64,000 nucleotides of DNA from contig JAUIER010000010.1 of assembly GCA_030429765.1 (NCBI GenBank), positions 34,162 to 98,161 on the forward strand. The letters run 5' to 3'. Under the pieces are notes generated by a model. The model saw only the letters and a program-made list of their open reading frames with translations, searched no databases and was not told where the DNA came from. This stretch comes from a bacterium (GTDB lineage: Bacteria > Omnitrophota > Gorgyraeia > Zapsychrales > Zapsychraceae). Of this stretch, positions 38,389 to 48,049 are shown piece by piece; positions within the stretch are counted from its first letter, which is position 1, and every line of letters begins with the position of its first letter. Position numbers and translations under genes: made by a program.

Positions 38389-39835
38389 GATCTACAATTC
38401 TCTCTCCCGAAAAGAAGAAGACTTCAAAACACTAGAGCCCGGACAGGTCAAGATGTATGTCTGCGGACCGACGGTTTACGACCTGTTGCACGTGGGAAAT
38501 TTTCGCGGCGCGATATTTTTCAATCTGGTCCGGCAATGGCTGGAAAAATCCGGATATAAGGTGAACTTTGTCTACAATTACACGGACATCGACGACAAGA
38601 TCATCAATCGGGCCAATGAGTCGGATGAAGACCCGCTGAAACTCAGCGAACGATATATCAAAGAATTTGAGGTTGATTTTGCACGGCTCGGACTAAAGGC
38701 GCATGATCATAATCCCCGGTGCACGCATCATATCGATGACATGACGGCGATGATCCAGACACTTGTCGATGGCGGTCATGCTTATGTCATTGAGGGGGAA
38801 GTGTTCTTTTCGATTGAATCGTTCAAGGAATACGGCAAACTCAGCGGCAAGAACATTGAAGATTTACAGGCCGGGCATCGGGTGGATCCGGACCCTCGCA
38901 AGAAAAGCCCGCTGGATTTTGTGCTGTGGAAACCGGCCAAAGCGGGTGAGCCGGGCTGGGATTCTCCGTGGGGCAAAGGCCGTCCGGGCTGGCATATCGA
39001 ATGCTCGACGATGAGCCATGTGCTTTTGGGTGACAGCATCGACATTCACGGCGGCGGGATTGATCTGACATTTCCGCATCATGAGAACGAGATCGCTCAA
39101 AGCGAGGCGTCCAGTCAAAAACCGTTCGCCCGTTATTGGATGCATAACAACTTCATCAATTTCGGTGATGCCAAGATGTCCAAATCTCTGGGCAATGTCG
39201 TCAAGGCGCGTGATTTCATGGATCAGTATCATCCCGAAATACTCAAATACATGATGCTGTCCGTACACTACCGCTCGCCGTTAAATCTGTCTGAAAATCA
39301 GGTTCATCAGGCCATCGCTGGATTAGATCGAATTTATTCCACCATTCATTTAGCGGATCAAGTTATCGATCGCGGCGAAAGCAGTCAGACCGACAAGCCG
39401 TTTAGAGAAAAACTGGAAACTGCCCAGGCAGCGATTGAATCGGCGCTTAACGATGATTTTAATACGCCGAATGTGTACGCGGCGATCTTTGATATCGTAC
39501 GCCAACTGAATGCCGCGATCAAACCTGGTCAAAAGGCTAAGCCGATCCTGGTGGACAAGGCGCAGGCATTTAAAGATTGGATCACCGGTGTCGGTGAGTT
39601 GATGGCCTTGTTCCAGGAACCGGCAGGAGAATTTCTGAAGACGATGAATGATATCATGGTCCGGGAAAAAAGTATCGATGTCGAAAAGGTCGAGGCATTG
39701 ATCGCGCAGCGTAACGAAGCGCGGAGTAACAAAGATTTTGAATCAGCCGACCGCATCCGTGATGAACTGGTGGCCATGGATATTATTATCCTGGACGGTG
39801 TCGAGGGCACCCGCTGGGAAGTGAAAAAGGGCTAA
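38378..39835 (+). CDS. cysS: cysteine--tRNA ligase
   Basis: GTG start after AAAGGAG; HVGNFRG (HIGH-class), KMSKSLGN; overlaps yidD 3' end. Confidence 0.9.
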   Translation: MSLKIYNSLSRKEEDFKTLEPGQVKMYVCGPTVYDLLHVGNFRGAIFFNLVRQWLEKSGYKVNFVYNYTDIDDKIINRANESDEDPLKLSERYIKEFEVDFARLGLKAHDHNPRCTHHIDDMTAMIQTLVDGGHAYVIEGEVFFSIESFKEYGKLSGKNIEDLQAGHRVDPDPRKKSPLDFVLWKPAKAGEPGWDSPWGKGRPGWHIECSTMSHVLLGDSIDIHGGGIDLTFPHHENEIAQSEASSQKPFARYWMHNNFINFGDAKMSKSLGNVVKARDFMDQYHPEILKYMMLSVHYRSPLNLSENQVHQAIAGLDRIYSTIHLADQVIDRGESSQTDKPFREKLETAQAAIESALNDDFNTPNVYAAIFDIVRQLNAAIKPGQKAKPILVDKAQAFKDWITGVGELMALFQEPAGEFLKTMNDIMVREKSIDVEKVEALIAQRNEARSNKDFESADRIRDELVAMDIIILDGVEGTRWEVKKG

Positions 39836-39880
39836 TTACCGTCGGGATTTACGAGTCTCGACAGACCAAAGGAGGATCAG

Positions 39881-40366
39881 ATGAAAAAAATGATGCTACT
39901 ATCCGCTTTAATCATCGCGATGGCGATGCAGGCGCAGCCGGCCGCGGCCCACTGCGAGATTCCCTGCGGGATTTATGATGATGAACTGCGTGTCCGGTTG
40001 GTCCATGAGCATGCCGGTACGGTTCTGAAGTCAATGAATCAGATCAATGAGCTGTCGAAAGACGGTGACAAAAATTACAATCAGCTGATCCGCTGGGTCA
40101 GCAACAAAGAACAGCACGCCAATGAGATCCAGGAAATCGTCACACAATACTTTATGACGCAGCGCATCAAACCCAAAGACGATGAAGCCGGTATGGCCAA
40201 GTATAACAAGGAATTGTCATTGCTGCACCAGGTGTTGCTGCACGCGATGAAGGCTAAACAGACCACGGACGCGTCGCATCCGGCCAAGATCGATGAGTTG
40301 ATGCATGAGTTTAGCGAAAGCTATTTCGGCGAGCACAAAGGAAGTCACACTCACGGTATGAAATAG
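39881..40366 (+). CDS. sodN: nickel superoxide dismutase (NiSOD) with Sec-type signal peptide
   Basis: RBS AAAGGAGG; signal peptide MKKMMLLSALIIAMAMQAQPAAA followed directly by Ni-hook HCEIPCGIY. Confidence 0.8.
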   Translation: MKKMMLLSALIIAMAMQAQPAAAHCEIPCGIYDDELRVRLVHEHAGTVLKSMNQINELSKDGDKNYNQLIRWVSNKEQHANEIQEIVTQYFMTQRIKPKDDEAGMAKYNKELSLLHQVLLHAMKAKQTTDASHPAKIDELMHEFSESYFGEHKGSHTHGMK

Positions 40367-40369
40367 CCT

Positions 40370-41359
40370 GTGAAATCGCCAATCAACATTTCAGGATGTG
40401 TGATTGCCCTGACGTATCTGGTGGTTTCGAACGTCAGTCCCGCCTTCGCGGACAACCCGTCCGCCTTTGTCCCGCCCGATGGAAACGTGCTGGTTTTTGT
40501 CGGGCAGGACAAAAATACCCTCGCTCAATACAAAAAAGAAGTGGATATCGCCCCCGCCGGGGTGATGTTTTACACATCTATTCAGGATATGGAAGGTCTG
40601 TACCGTTCGGCGGACAAGGGTGGCGGAGTGCAGAATGCCCGCTGGCTGACGCGGGAGTTTCCCGACAGCGCGCTTCAGATTGGCCTTTACATGGTCAACG
40701 CGCTGGATAGGGTGGTCACCGGCGTTTACGACGAGAATATCGAAAAATTGGCTGAATTTTTCAAATCCCATCCACGGCCTTTTTATCTGCGTATCGGATA
40801 TGAGTTCGATAATCCGTCCAACAAATATATCCCCGAAAAATATATCGAGGCCTACCGGTATATCGCGAATAATCTGCGCGGGCATGGTGTTGACAACGTA
40901 GCCTATGTCTGGCACGCGCATGGGCAGATTTACGCGCAGCAGCAGATGGACTGGTATCCGGGCGATGAATTTGTCGATTGGGTGGGGCTGTCGTACTTCA
41001 GTCCCTTTAATGAAGACGGGATGAAACGGGTGGTTGATCTGGCCCATTCATTGAACAAGCCGATCATGATCGCCGAGGCCACACCGATCAAACTGAATTT
41101 TCGAGATGGACACAATGCGTGGAAACGATGGTTTCCGTTTGTGGAACGCTTCATCAAAGAAAATAACGTCCAGGCCTTTTGCTACATCAACAGTCATTGG
41201 GACCGGATTCCGATGTTCAAGCAGGACAAGTGGGGCGATGCGCGCGTGCAGATCAATCCGGTGATTCGGGAGCGTTGGGAATCCATGATCGCGAATCCGC
41301 CATTTATTAATGCGTCGAAAGAGCTGTTTGGAACACTGGGATATTCTCCGTCCGAGTGA
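40370..41359 (+). CDS. secreted TIM-barrel glycoside-hydrolase-like protein (GH26/GH113-like)
   Basis: Signal peptide; FYLRIGYEFDNP and WHAHGQ blocks reminiscent of GH26-type catalytic strands; assignment tentative. Confidence 0.3.
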   Translation: MKSPINISGCVIALTYLVVSNVSPAFADNPSAFVPPDGNVLVFVGQDKNTLAQYKKEVDIAPAGVMFYTSIQDMEGLYRSADKGGGVQNARWLTREFPDSALQIGLYMVNALDRVVTGVYDENIEKLAEFFKSHPRPFYLRIGYEFDNPSNKYIPEKYIEAYRYIANNLRGHGVDNVAYVWHAHGQIYAQQQMDWYPGDEFVDWVGLSYFSPFNEDGMKRVVDLAHSLNKPIMIAEATPIKLNFRDGHNAWKRWFPFVERFIKENNVQAFCYINSHWDRIPMFKQDKWGDARVQINPVIRERWESMIANPPFINASKELFGTLGYSPSE

Positions 41360-41411
41360 ATTACAGACTAAAAGTCTCGACAATCTTTCGTCGACCAGTA
41401 CAATAAAGGAT

Positions 41412-42011
41412 ATGACGATGTCGAAATGGTTTTTAGCCGTTATATGCGTATTTATGATGTCAACACCTGCACAAAGTCAAAATTCAAATCAAGCCGTGGC
41501 CACCTTTGCGGGCGGATGCTTCTGGTGTATTGAAGCCGCTTTTGAAAAAGTCGACGGTGTTATTTCAGCGGTGTCCGGTTTTACGGACGGGCATACCGAG
41601 GACCCGACGTATTATGAGGTGGGATCCGGCCAGACCGGACATACCGAGGCCGTTGAGGTGATCTATGATCCCACGAAGGTCAAATACGGCCAATTGCTGA
41701 ACGTGTTCTGGCGGAACATTGATCCGACCCAGAAGAACGGTCAGTTTGCCGACAAGGGAACGCAGTACCGGACCGGGATCTACTATCACAATGATGATCA
41801 AAAGCAGGCGGCGGAGGCCTCAAAGCAGGCGCTGGAGGATTCCGGTAAATTTGACAAACCGATCGTGGTTGAGATCAAACCGGCCACAAAGTTTTATCCG
41901 GCCGATGAAAAACATCAAGATTACTACAAAAAGAGCCCGGGGCATTACCAGAGCTATCACTTTTTCTCCGGACGCGGACCATACATCAAAAAAGTATGGG
42001 GGACCAAATAA
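41412..42011 (+). CDS. msrA: peptide-methionine (S)-S-oxide reductase MsrA, secreted form
   Basis: Signal peptide then GGCFWCIEAAF active site. Confidence 0.85.
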   Translation: MTMSKWFLAVICVFMMSTPAQSQNSNQAVATFAGGCFWCIEAAFEKVDGVISAVSGFTDGHTEDPTYYEVGSGQTGHTEAVEVIYDPTKVKYGQLLNVFWRNIDPTQKNGQFADKGTQYRTGIYYHNDDQKQAAEASKQALEDSGKFDKPIVVEIKPATKFYPADEKHQDYYKKSPGHYQSYHFFSGRGPYIKKVWGTK

Positions 42012-42024
42012 CAACGGGGGATAA

Positions 42025-42315
42025 ATGGGGTTAGAGGTTTCATCCGAGAAGGAATTGCAGTGGATCCGGAAAGAGCACCGGCGCCAGAAATTCTATTACC
42101 TGCTGGTCGTCGCGACTTTCGGCCTGATGACCCACTCATTCATCGTATTTGTCCTTCCGGAGAACCGCCTCGCCGCCATCTATCGGATTACCTTTTTCTA
42201 CGCCTTTCTGGCCTTTATGGTGACCGTTCAGGTCCTGTACAAAAGCCGCAAATATCTGCAGATTATCGACTTAATCCTCGATGAACGCCGCCAAACCTTC
42301 TCCGCAAAGAAATAA
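42025..42315 (+). CDS. small two-TM membrane protein
   Basis: Two hydrophobic helices; no family. Confidence 0.35.
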   Translation: MGLEVSSEKELQWIRKEHRRQKFYYLLVVATFGLMTHSFIVFVLPENRLAAIYRITFFYAFLAFMVTVQVLYKSRKYLQIIDLILDERRQTFSAKK

Positions 42316-42417
42316 CGTTTAGTTGTTTGCCTCTCCGCGTATTTTGACTATAATACTATGGATTTCAGTAGGATATATCAACTTGGGCTTATACCTGCTT
42401 TGCGAAAGGAGAGGTGA

Positions 42418-42768
42418 ATGCCGAATAATAAACGCGAATCCAAACGTCTAGCCATTGAAATAGACGGCAGTTATAGAATCTGGGAGTCTGATTTTCCGTT
42501 TGCGGTGATCACGACCGTCAATATCAGTCACACCGGGATATGTTTCAAGACGGACCATGAGATCGATAGCGGTAATTCTGTGGAGCTTAAGATGAAAATG
42601 GGCACCGATGAGCCGCTTTCGCTGCTTGGCAAGGTGATCTGGTGCAACCCGATTTATGATACCGGTAACTTCAATACCGGTGTCAAGATCATGAACGTTA
42701 ATTCGGATGACGCCAAGCAGTTTATCAAGTTCTATAAATCGCAGTTGATGTATCCGCCGGAGAATTAG
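42418..42768 (+). CDS. PilZ-domain protein
   Basis: RBS GAAAGGAGAGG; N-terminal RESKRLAIEIDGSY (RxxxR-like) and DxSxxG-like HTGICF motifs. Confidence 0.55.
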   Translation: MPNNKRESKRLAIEIDGSYRIWESDFPFAVITTVNISHTGICFKTDHEIDSGNSVELKMKMGTDEPLSLLGKVIWCNPIYDTGNFNTGVKIMNVNSDDAKQFIKFYKSQLMYPPEN

Positions 42769-42773
42769 GATCT

Positions 42774-43445
42774 ATGGTTTCCGTCATTGTCCCGGTCTAC
42801 AATGAAGAAACGATTTTGGCGGCCCGGCGGGATTACTTTGAGGAGATCTCCCGGGAGGCCGAACTTATTTTTGTGGACGGCGGCAGTTTCGATGGTACGC
42901 CGGAGCTCATTCGATCATTTGACGGATCGATCAAGAGCGGTAAGGGACGCTCCGTGCAGATGAATGCCGGCGCCCAAAAGGCGCGGCACGAGATTTTATT
43001 ATTTTTACATGTCGATACACGGCTGGATTTGGAGATCATCCGGCGGATACCCGCGTATGTCAAGCAGGGGTATGTCGGCGGGGCCTTTCGTCAGGTGATT
43101 GATCGCCAGGGGCTGTTGTTCCGCTGGATTGCGTTTACGGGGAACATTCGGGCCCGGATGTCCGGTGTGTTTTATGGTGATCAAGGGATTTTTGTCCGCA
43201 AGGATGTCTTTGACGCCATTGGCGGATTTCCGGAATATGCCATCGGCGAAGATGTGTATTTCTCACGGAAGCTCAAACAGCAAGGACGTGTTCGGTTGTG
43301 GTCGGACCCGATTTACTGCTCGGCACGGCGCTGGGAACAGCAGGGGGTGATCAGAACTTCTCTGATGAATGCCCGCGTGAAAATGGGGCTGGCCCTGGGG
43401 CAGAGCAAAAAACAACTGTCAAATGAATACCGGGACGTCCGGTAG
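42774..43445 (+). CDS. family-2 glycosyltransferase
   Basis: VSVIVPVYNEE, DGGSFDGT, ED-containing GT-A core. Confidence 0.75.
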   Translation: MVSVIVPVYNEETILAARRDYFEEISREAELIFVDGGSFDGTPELIRSFDGSIKSGKGRSVQMNAGAQKARHEILLFLHVDTRLDLEIIRRIPAYVKQGYVGGAFRQVIDRQGLLFRWIAFTGNIRARMSGVFYGDQGIFVRKDVFDAIGGFPEYAIGEDVYFSRKLKQQGRVRLWSDPIYCSARRWEQQGVIRTSLMNARVKMGLALGQSKKQLSNEYRDVR

Positions 43446-43456
43446 CAGAAAAATTT

Positions 43457-44935
43457 ATGATTGACCAAACAAAAACGTATTTTATCGCCCGACGGTTCTT
43501 TATCCGTTTTCTGGGAATTGTGTATTTGATTGCATTTGCGTCGATGTGGACGCAGATCCAGGGACTCGTCGGAAGCACGGGTATCCTGCCCGCCAAAGAA
43601 TATCTGGCGGCCGCCAAGGAGTACTACGGATTCCCTAATATATTCGGACTGCCGACCATATTTTGGTTTGGCTGCTGGGATAAGGCCTTGGTGGCGGTGT
43701 GCGGATTGGGCGTGGTGGCCTCGATCCTGATTATCAGCGGCTTTTTTCCGGTGATCGCGCTCAGTGTGGCGTGGGTGTTCTACTTATCTATTGTCCATGT
43801 CGGACAGACATTCCTGAGTTTTCAGTGGGATATCCTGTTGCTTGAGGTCGGATTCCTGAGTATATTCTTGTGCCCATGGCGCCGGATGCTCAACACGTTT
43901 GATGAAGCGCCGCCGCAATGGGTGATGTTCGCTTTTCGTCTGCTACTATTCAAGCTGATGTTCCAGTCGGGATTAGTCAAGATTCTGAGCAATGACGCAA
44001 ATTGGTTGGATCTCAGCGCCATCCATTATCACATGTTCACTCAACCGCTGCCGAACCCGGTGAGCTGGTTTGGATATCATCAGCCGTTTTTCCTTCAGGA
44101 ATTTTTCTGTGTGGTCCTGTTTTTTGTCGAACTGATTGTGCCGTTCTCCATTATTCTGCATCGCACTACCCGGCTGTGGGGGTGCGGTATTCTGATCCTG
44201 TTTCAGGGGTTGATCATGTTAACCGGCAATTTCGGGTTCTTTAATCTGCTGACCATGGCGCTGTGTTTTCTGCTGATCGATGACAAGTTTTTCCGTCGTA
44301 AGATTTATGACAAAACGTTTGCGGAATGGGGGCAAATCCCTCAAGAGCTTAAGCTCAAGAATGATTTTATCGCCAAGATCAAGGACGTGATCTGCCAGGT
44401 AGTAGTGGGGGTGCTGATCTCGTTAACATTTCTGAATTTCGCCAATATGAAGGCCACACTGCCGGCACCTGTCGAGACCGTAATGAGCATTTTCAGGCCG
44501 TACCTGATCAACAACAGCTACGGTCTATTTGCGTCGATGACCACCACGCGTACGGAAATTATCATCGAGGGCAGTAATGACGGTCACACGTGGAAGGCCT
44601 ACGAATTCCGCTATAAGCCCGGCAACACATTTCGCCGGCCCGCCCAGGTTGCTCCGCATCAGCCGCGGCTGGATTGGCAGATGTGGTTTGCCGCGTTGCT
44701 GCCGGATTATCGGTACACGCCGTGGTTTGCCAATTTTCTCAAACGGATCCTGGAAGGGGACAAGCATGTCATGAAGCTGATGTGGATTGATCCATTCTAC
44801 GGTAACCCTCCGCGCTTTTTGCGGGCCAAGGTTTACGACTACAAATTTACCACTAAAAAGCAGCGGGCCGAGAACGGTGAGTGGTGGCGCCGTACCGAAA
44901 AGGGATATTTTGCCCCGATTATGCAATTAGAGTAG
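43457..44935 (+). CDS. lipase maturation factor (LMF1-like) family membrane protein
   Basis: N-terminal FIARRFFIRFLGIVYLIAFASMWTQIQGL and multi-TM body typical of LMF family. Confidence 0.6.
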   Translation: MIDQTKTYFIARRFFIRFLGIVYLIAFASMWTQIQGLVGSTGILPAKEYLAAAKEYYGFPNIFGLPTIFWFGCWDKALVAVCGLGVVASILIISGFFPVIALSVAWVFYLSIVHVGQTFLSFQWDILLLEVGFLSIFLCPWRRMLNTFDEAPPQWVMFAFRLLLFKLMFQSGLVKILSNDANWLDLSAIHYHMFTQPLPNPVSWFGYHQPFFLQEFFCVVLFFVELIVPFSIILHRTTRLWGCGILILFQGLIMLTGNFGFFNLLTMALCFLLIDDKFFRRKIYDKTFAEWGQIPQELKLKNDFIAKIKDVICQVVVGVLISLTFLNFANMKATLPAPVETVMSIFRPYLINNSYGLFASMTTTRTEIIIEGSNDGHTWKAYEFRYKPGNTFRRPAQVAPHQPRLDWQMWFAALLPDYRYTPWFANFLKRILEGDKHVMKLMWIDPFYGNPPRFLRAKVYDYKFTTKKQRAENGEWWRRTEKGYFAPIMQLE

Positions 44936-45002
44936 ACTCTCCGGTCACATCCCCTTGCCGAAGGCTGATTTGGGCAGTATACTTTGGGAAAGGGACCCTA
45001 TC

Positions 45003-45386
45003 ATGACCGAAATATCCAAAATCCAGTTCACACCTGCCGACGCCAACAAGCGTCTGCCTCTGGTCAGCCGGATTGTATCGGATATCCTGATCAAGAAACA
45101 ACGTCTCAAAGAAATTTCAAATCAATCACCTGCCGCGACCGAGTCGTCTCCCGAGGTCCTGGATATCCAGGACAAGATGAAGGCGCTTACTCAGGAGCTT
45201 GAGGATCTGGGCTGTTATTTTAATAATAAACATGCTGATTATGGGCATGTCCATTTTCCATCGGTGATCGATGGCGAGACCGTATTTTTGTGCTGGCGTT
45301 CAGATGAGATGGATGTCCGGTATTTTCATTATCAGTATGAAGGATACGAGAACCGCAAAGCCATTCCTCCGCACTATCTCAACTAA
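45003..45386 (+). CDS. DUF2203-family protein
   Basis: 128 aa; C-terminal …VFLCWRSDEMDVRYFHYQYEGYENRKAIPPHYLN pattern. Confidence 0.45.
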   Translation: MTEISKIQFTPADANKRLPLVSRIVSDILIKKQRLKEISNQSPAATESSPEVLDIQDKMKALTQELEDLGCYFNNKHADYGHVHFPSVIDGETVFLCWRSDEMDVRYFHYQYEGYENRKAIPPHYLN

Positions 45387-45468
45387 ATCTTGAGTTTTCC
45401 CGCTAAAATGTTTCCATTTGACATCAGTCTTGTTAAAATAAATCGGATTCAAAAATAAAGGAATTAGT

Positions 45469-46833
45469 GTGTCTGTTAATGTAAAAGTCGCGCCGGGTGA
45501 TCTTCCGGAGTTTTGGAATGAATCGGTTGTCTTTTTTGCCAATATCCTGTCTCTGTTCTACGGAAACACAACGGAGACGGCGGTGCTCAAGCAGGAGGTT
45601 GGAGCGCTTGAGACGTACGGCAGCCGTCTATTGCCGCTGATCAATATCATGTTCCGCGGTCGGGACAATCTGCTGATCCTCGAGTCCCCGCCGGATCAGG
45701 ACTTGATCGCCTATTTCAAGTCCGACCTGAAACTGTCGCTTCCCACTTTCAAGATCGTCAAACAGGATATTTATGAATCTTTTGAGGGGCAGTCCGAGGC
45801 TTTACCGTCTAAAGCGCAATTTTTGATCGACGAACTAGTTGAGCATCCGGCCCGGCTGATCGACGGTTATGTGGTGGACGCGTCATTGCTGAGAATTGGA
45901 TCTTTGACCGGTAAAAAGATTTTAGGTACACCAACTGGATCGCGTAACGGCAATGACAAGTTAGTCCTGCATGAATTTCTTCAAATAACGGGTTTGAAGA
46001 TATATGACTCTTTCTTTGTGCAAGGATGTAACGGCATTGCAGATGCCCTTAAGGCGCTTAAGTCCAAGGGATATGTCTATGCTGTGATAAAAGCCCCCAT
46101 CGGCGCGTCAGGGGTCGGTATGTGCAAGGTTTCGGTGGATGAGGTGGCCATTCAGTCGGTGATCCCCGAGTACTTGTTGTACGAGGGGCAGCTGCTGATT
46201 CAGGGGTGGCTGGATGAGACCGTGAAGGGTGTCACGAATATTGGTTCGCCCAGCGTTCAGTTATTTGTCGACAATGAATGTGTCACGTTGTATGACTTGA
46301 CCGATCAGATCTTAAGCGCGGAAAGTATTCACGAAGGGAATGTTGCGCCGCCAGCGTTTCTGATGGGAGAATCGGCGTGTCGTGATGAGATTTTTAAACA
46401 GGCCCGCGTCGCCGGGGCCTGGTTGCATGATCAGGGATATCGCGGGACCGGCAGTATTGATTTTCAGGTAATTCGACGTGATGACGGCTTGGAAGTACGG
46501 ATATGTGAGATCAACGCGCGGGTGACCGGCGCCACGTATCCGGCGATCCTGGCGCGGACGTTCAACGGCCGCGGCGCGTGGTTGATGCGGAACATTCGAT
46601 TTGATCCGCGTCATGACACGTCGAATTTGCTGCAGACTATCGATGCCGCCGGATTGCTGTATCGACCGGGAATGGAGCAGGGCATCCTTCCGTTTAATTT
46701 TAATCCCAATCCGCAGGGGCGAAGTGTGAAGGGGCAGTTTTTGTTCCTGGCCCCAACGGTGGAGCAGACATTGAGTCTCCTGAAGAAGATGCAGGAACTT
46801 GATTCGATTGAAGGTGTTTATGACCGAGACTGA
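45469..46833 (+). CDS. ATP-grasp domain protein with pre-ATP-grasp N-terminal domain (carboxylate-amine ligase-like)
   Basis: GTG start after AAAGGAAT; central KGYVYAVIKAPIGASGVGM and C-terminal GTGSIDFQV…EINARVTGATYP ATP-grasp signatures. Confidence 0.6.
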   Translation: MSVNVKVAPGDLPEFWNESVVFFANILSLFYGNTTETAVLKQEVGALETYGSRLLPLINIMFRGRDNLLILESPPDQDLIAYFKSDLKLSLPTFKIVKQDIYESFEGQSEALPSKAQFLIDELVEHPARLIDGYVVDASLLRIGSLTGKKILGTPTGSRNGNDKLVLHEFLQITGLKIYDSFFVQGCNGIADALKALKSKGYVYAVIKAPIGASGVGMCKVSVDEVAIQSVIPEYLLYEGQLLIQGWLDETVKGVTNIGSPSVQLFVDNECVTLYDLTDQILSAESIHEGNVAPPAFLMGESACRDEIFKQARVAGAWLHDQGYRGTGSIDFQVIRRDDGLEVRICEINARVTGATYPAILARTFNGRGAWLMRNIRFDPRHDTSNLLQTIDAAGLLYRPGMEQGILPFNFNPNPQGRSVKGQFLFLAPTVEQTLSLLKKMQELDSIEGVYDRD

Positions 46834-47950
46834 TATCACATCAGAGAATATGTTAGAAGATCGGCTTGTCGCGCTTACACGCGACTTGATGCTTATTCCC
46901 AGTATCCCCACCCGTCCCGAAGACCGGCAGCGGGCGTTTGAGCTGATCAAAAATCATTTGGAGACTTTGGACCATATTGATGTCCGTGAGTACGAAGACA
47001 ACGGCATACCGTCGCTGGTCGCCGTTCCCAAGGGGGTACGTAAACCCAAGATCCTGATGTGCGGACATATCGATGTTATTGCCCATCCGGACGTCGCGAG
47101 CTATCGTTCGCATATTGAGAACGGTCGGATTTATGGGCCCGGTTCCGGAGATATGAAAGGTGCGGTGGCGATACTTCTTGAAGTGTTCCGCATGATCCAT
47201 CGACAATCGTCCAAGGCGTCGTTGGGTATCGCGATCACGTCGGATGAAGAAACCGGCGGCGAATCAGGTATTGGATTTCTGGTGAATAAGAAGGGCATTC
47301 GCGCTCACACGGCGATGATTCCCGACGGCGGATCGCTGAACCAGGTTACCGTCGAGGAAAAAGGGATTTTGCATGTGCGGGTGGCTTATCAAGGCGTTTC
47401 GGCGCACGCGGCCCGTCCGTGGCTGGGGACCAATTCATTGGAACATCTCATGGAGCGGCTCCGCGAGCTCAAGGCCTCATTTCATGTGATGCAGAGCAAT
47501 CACGAAGGGGATGATCGCTGGTATCCCACGTGTTCAGTCACCATGATGGAGACGGCCAATCAGCAGATCAATCGTATTCCATCGGAGGCCTCGGCGGTGC
47601 TGGATATTCGTTTTCCATCGCCGTACACCGTCAGGAAGATCAAGAAGCATGTCAAAGAAATTCTTGGGACCGAGGTCCACATGGATGTGATCATCGGCGC
47701 TGAGCCCACAAATTTGTCACCTGACAAAACCTATCAAAAAGTCATTGAGGAAGTGACCGGGCAGCCGACCATATTGGCCCGGGATGACGGGGGGAGTGAC
47801 GCGCGCTTTCTTTCCGCCCACGGTATTCCCGTGATGATTTCCCGCCCGCTCGTCGGTAATCTGCACATGGTCGACGAATGGATTGATATCAAGTCGATGG
47901 TGACGTTTTACAAGATCTACGCTGAATATCTCACCCGAAAATTACTGTAG
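46820..47950 (+). CDS. M20-family metallopeptidase/amidohydrolase (ArgE/DapE-like)
   Basis: RBS AAGGTG; HIDVI, GSGDMKGA, SDEETGG metal-binding blocks; 14-nt overlap with ATP-grasp gene. Confidence 0.75.
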   Translation: MTETDITSENMLEDRLVALTRDLMLIPSIPTRPEDRQRAFELIKNHLETLDHIDVREYEDNGIPSLVAVPKGVRKPKILMCGHIDVIAHPDVASYRSHIENGRIYGPGSGDMKGAVAILLEVFRMIHRQSSKASLGIAITSDEETGGESGIGFLVNKKGIRAHTAMIPDGGSLNQVTVEEKGILHVRVAYQGVSAHAARPWLGTNSLEHLMERLRELKASFHVMQSNHEGDDRWYPTCSVTMMETANQQINRIPSEASAVLDIRFPSPYTVRKIKKHVKEILGTEVHMDVIIGAEPTNLSPDKTYQKVIEEVTGQPTILARDDGGSDARFLSAHGIPVMISRPLVGNLHMVDEWIDIKSMVTFYKIYAEYLTRKLL

Positions 47951-47964
47951 CCTGCTCGATTCTT

Positions 47965-47993
47965 GACAACGATCTGAATTTTCGATATATAAA
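47965..47993 (+). promoter_or_regulatory. putative promoter upstream of hsp20 (TTGACA-17-TATATA)
   Basis: cTTGACAacgatctgaattttcgaTATATAaaa. Confidence 0.35.
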
Positions 47994-48049
47994 AATTATC
48001 GGGATAAGACCAGTGTGTCGTTATATTTTTGTCCATAGGAGGAACGGAA

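Noticed and set aside
40370-41359. SodX-type NiSOD maturation peptidase immediately after sodN
   Set aside because: The protein is 329 aa and has no S26 peptidase Ser/Lys motifs. It looks like a TIM-barrel hydrolase instead.
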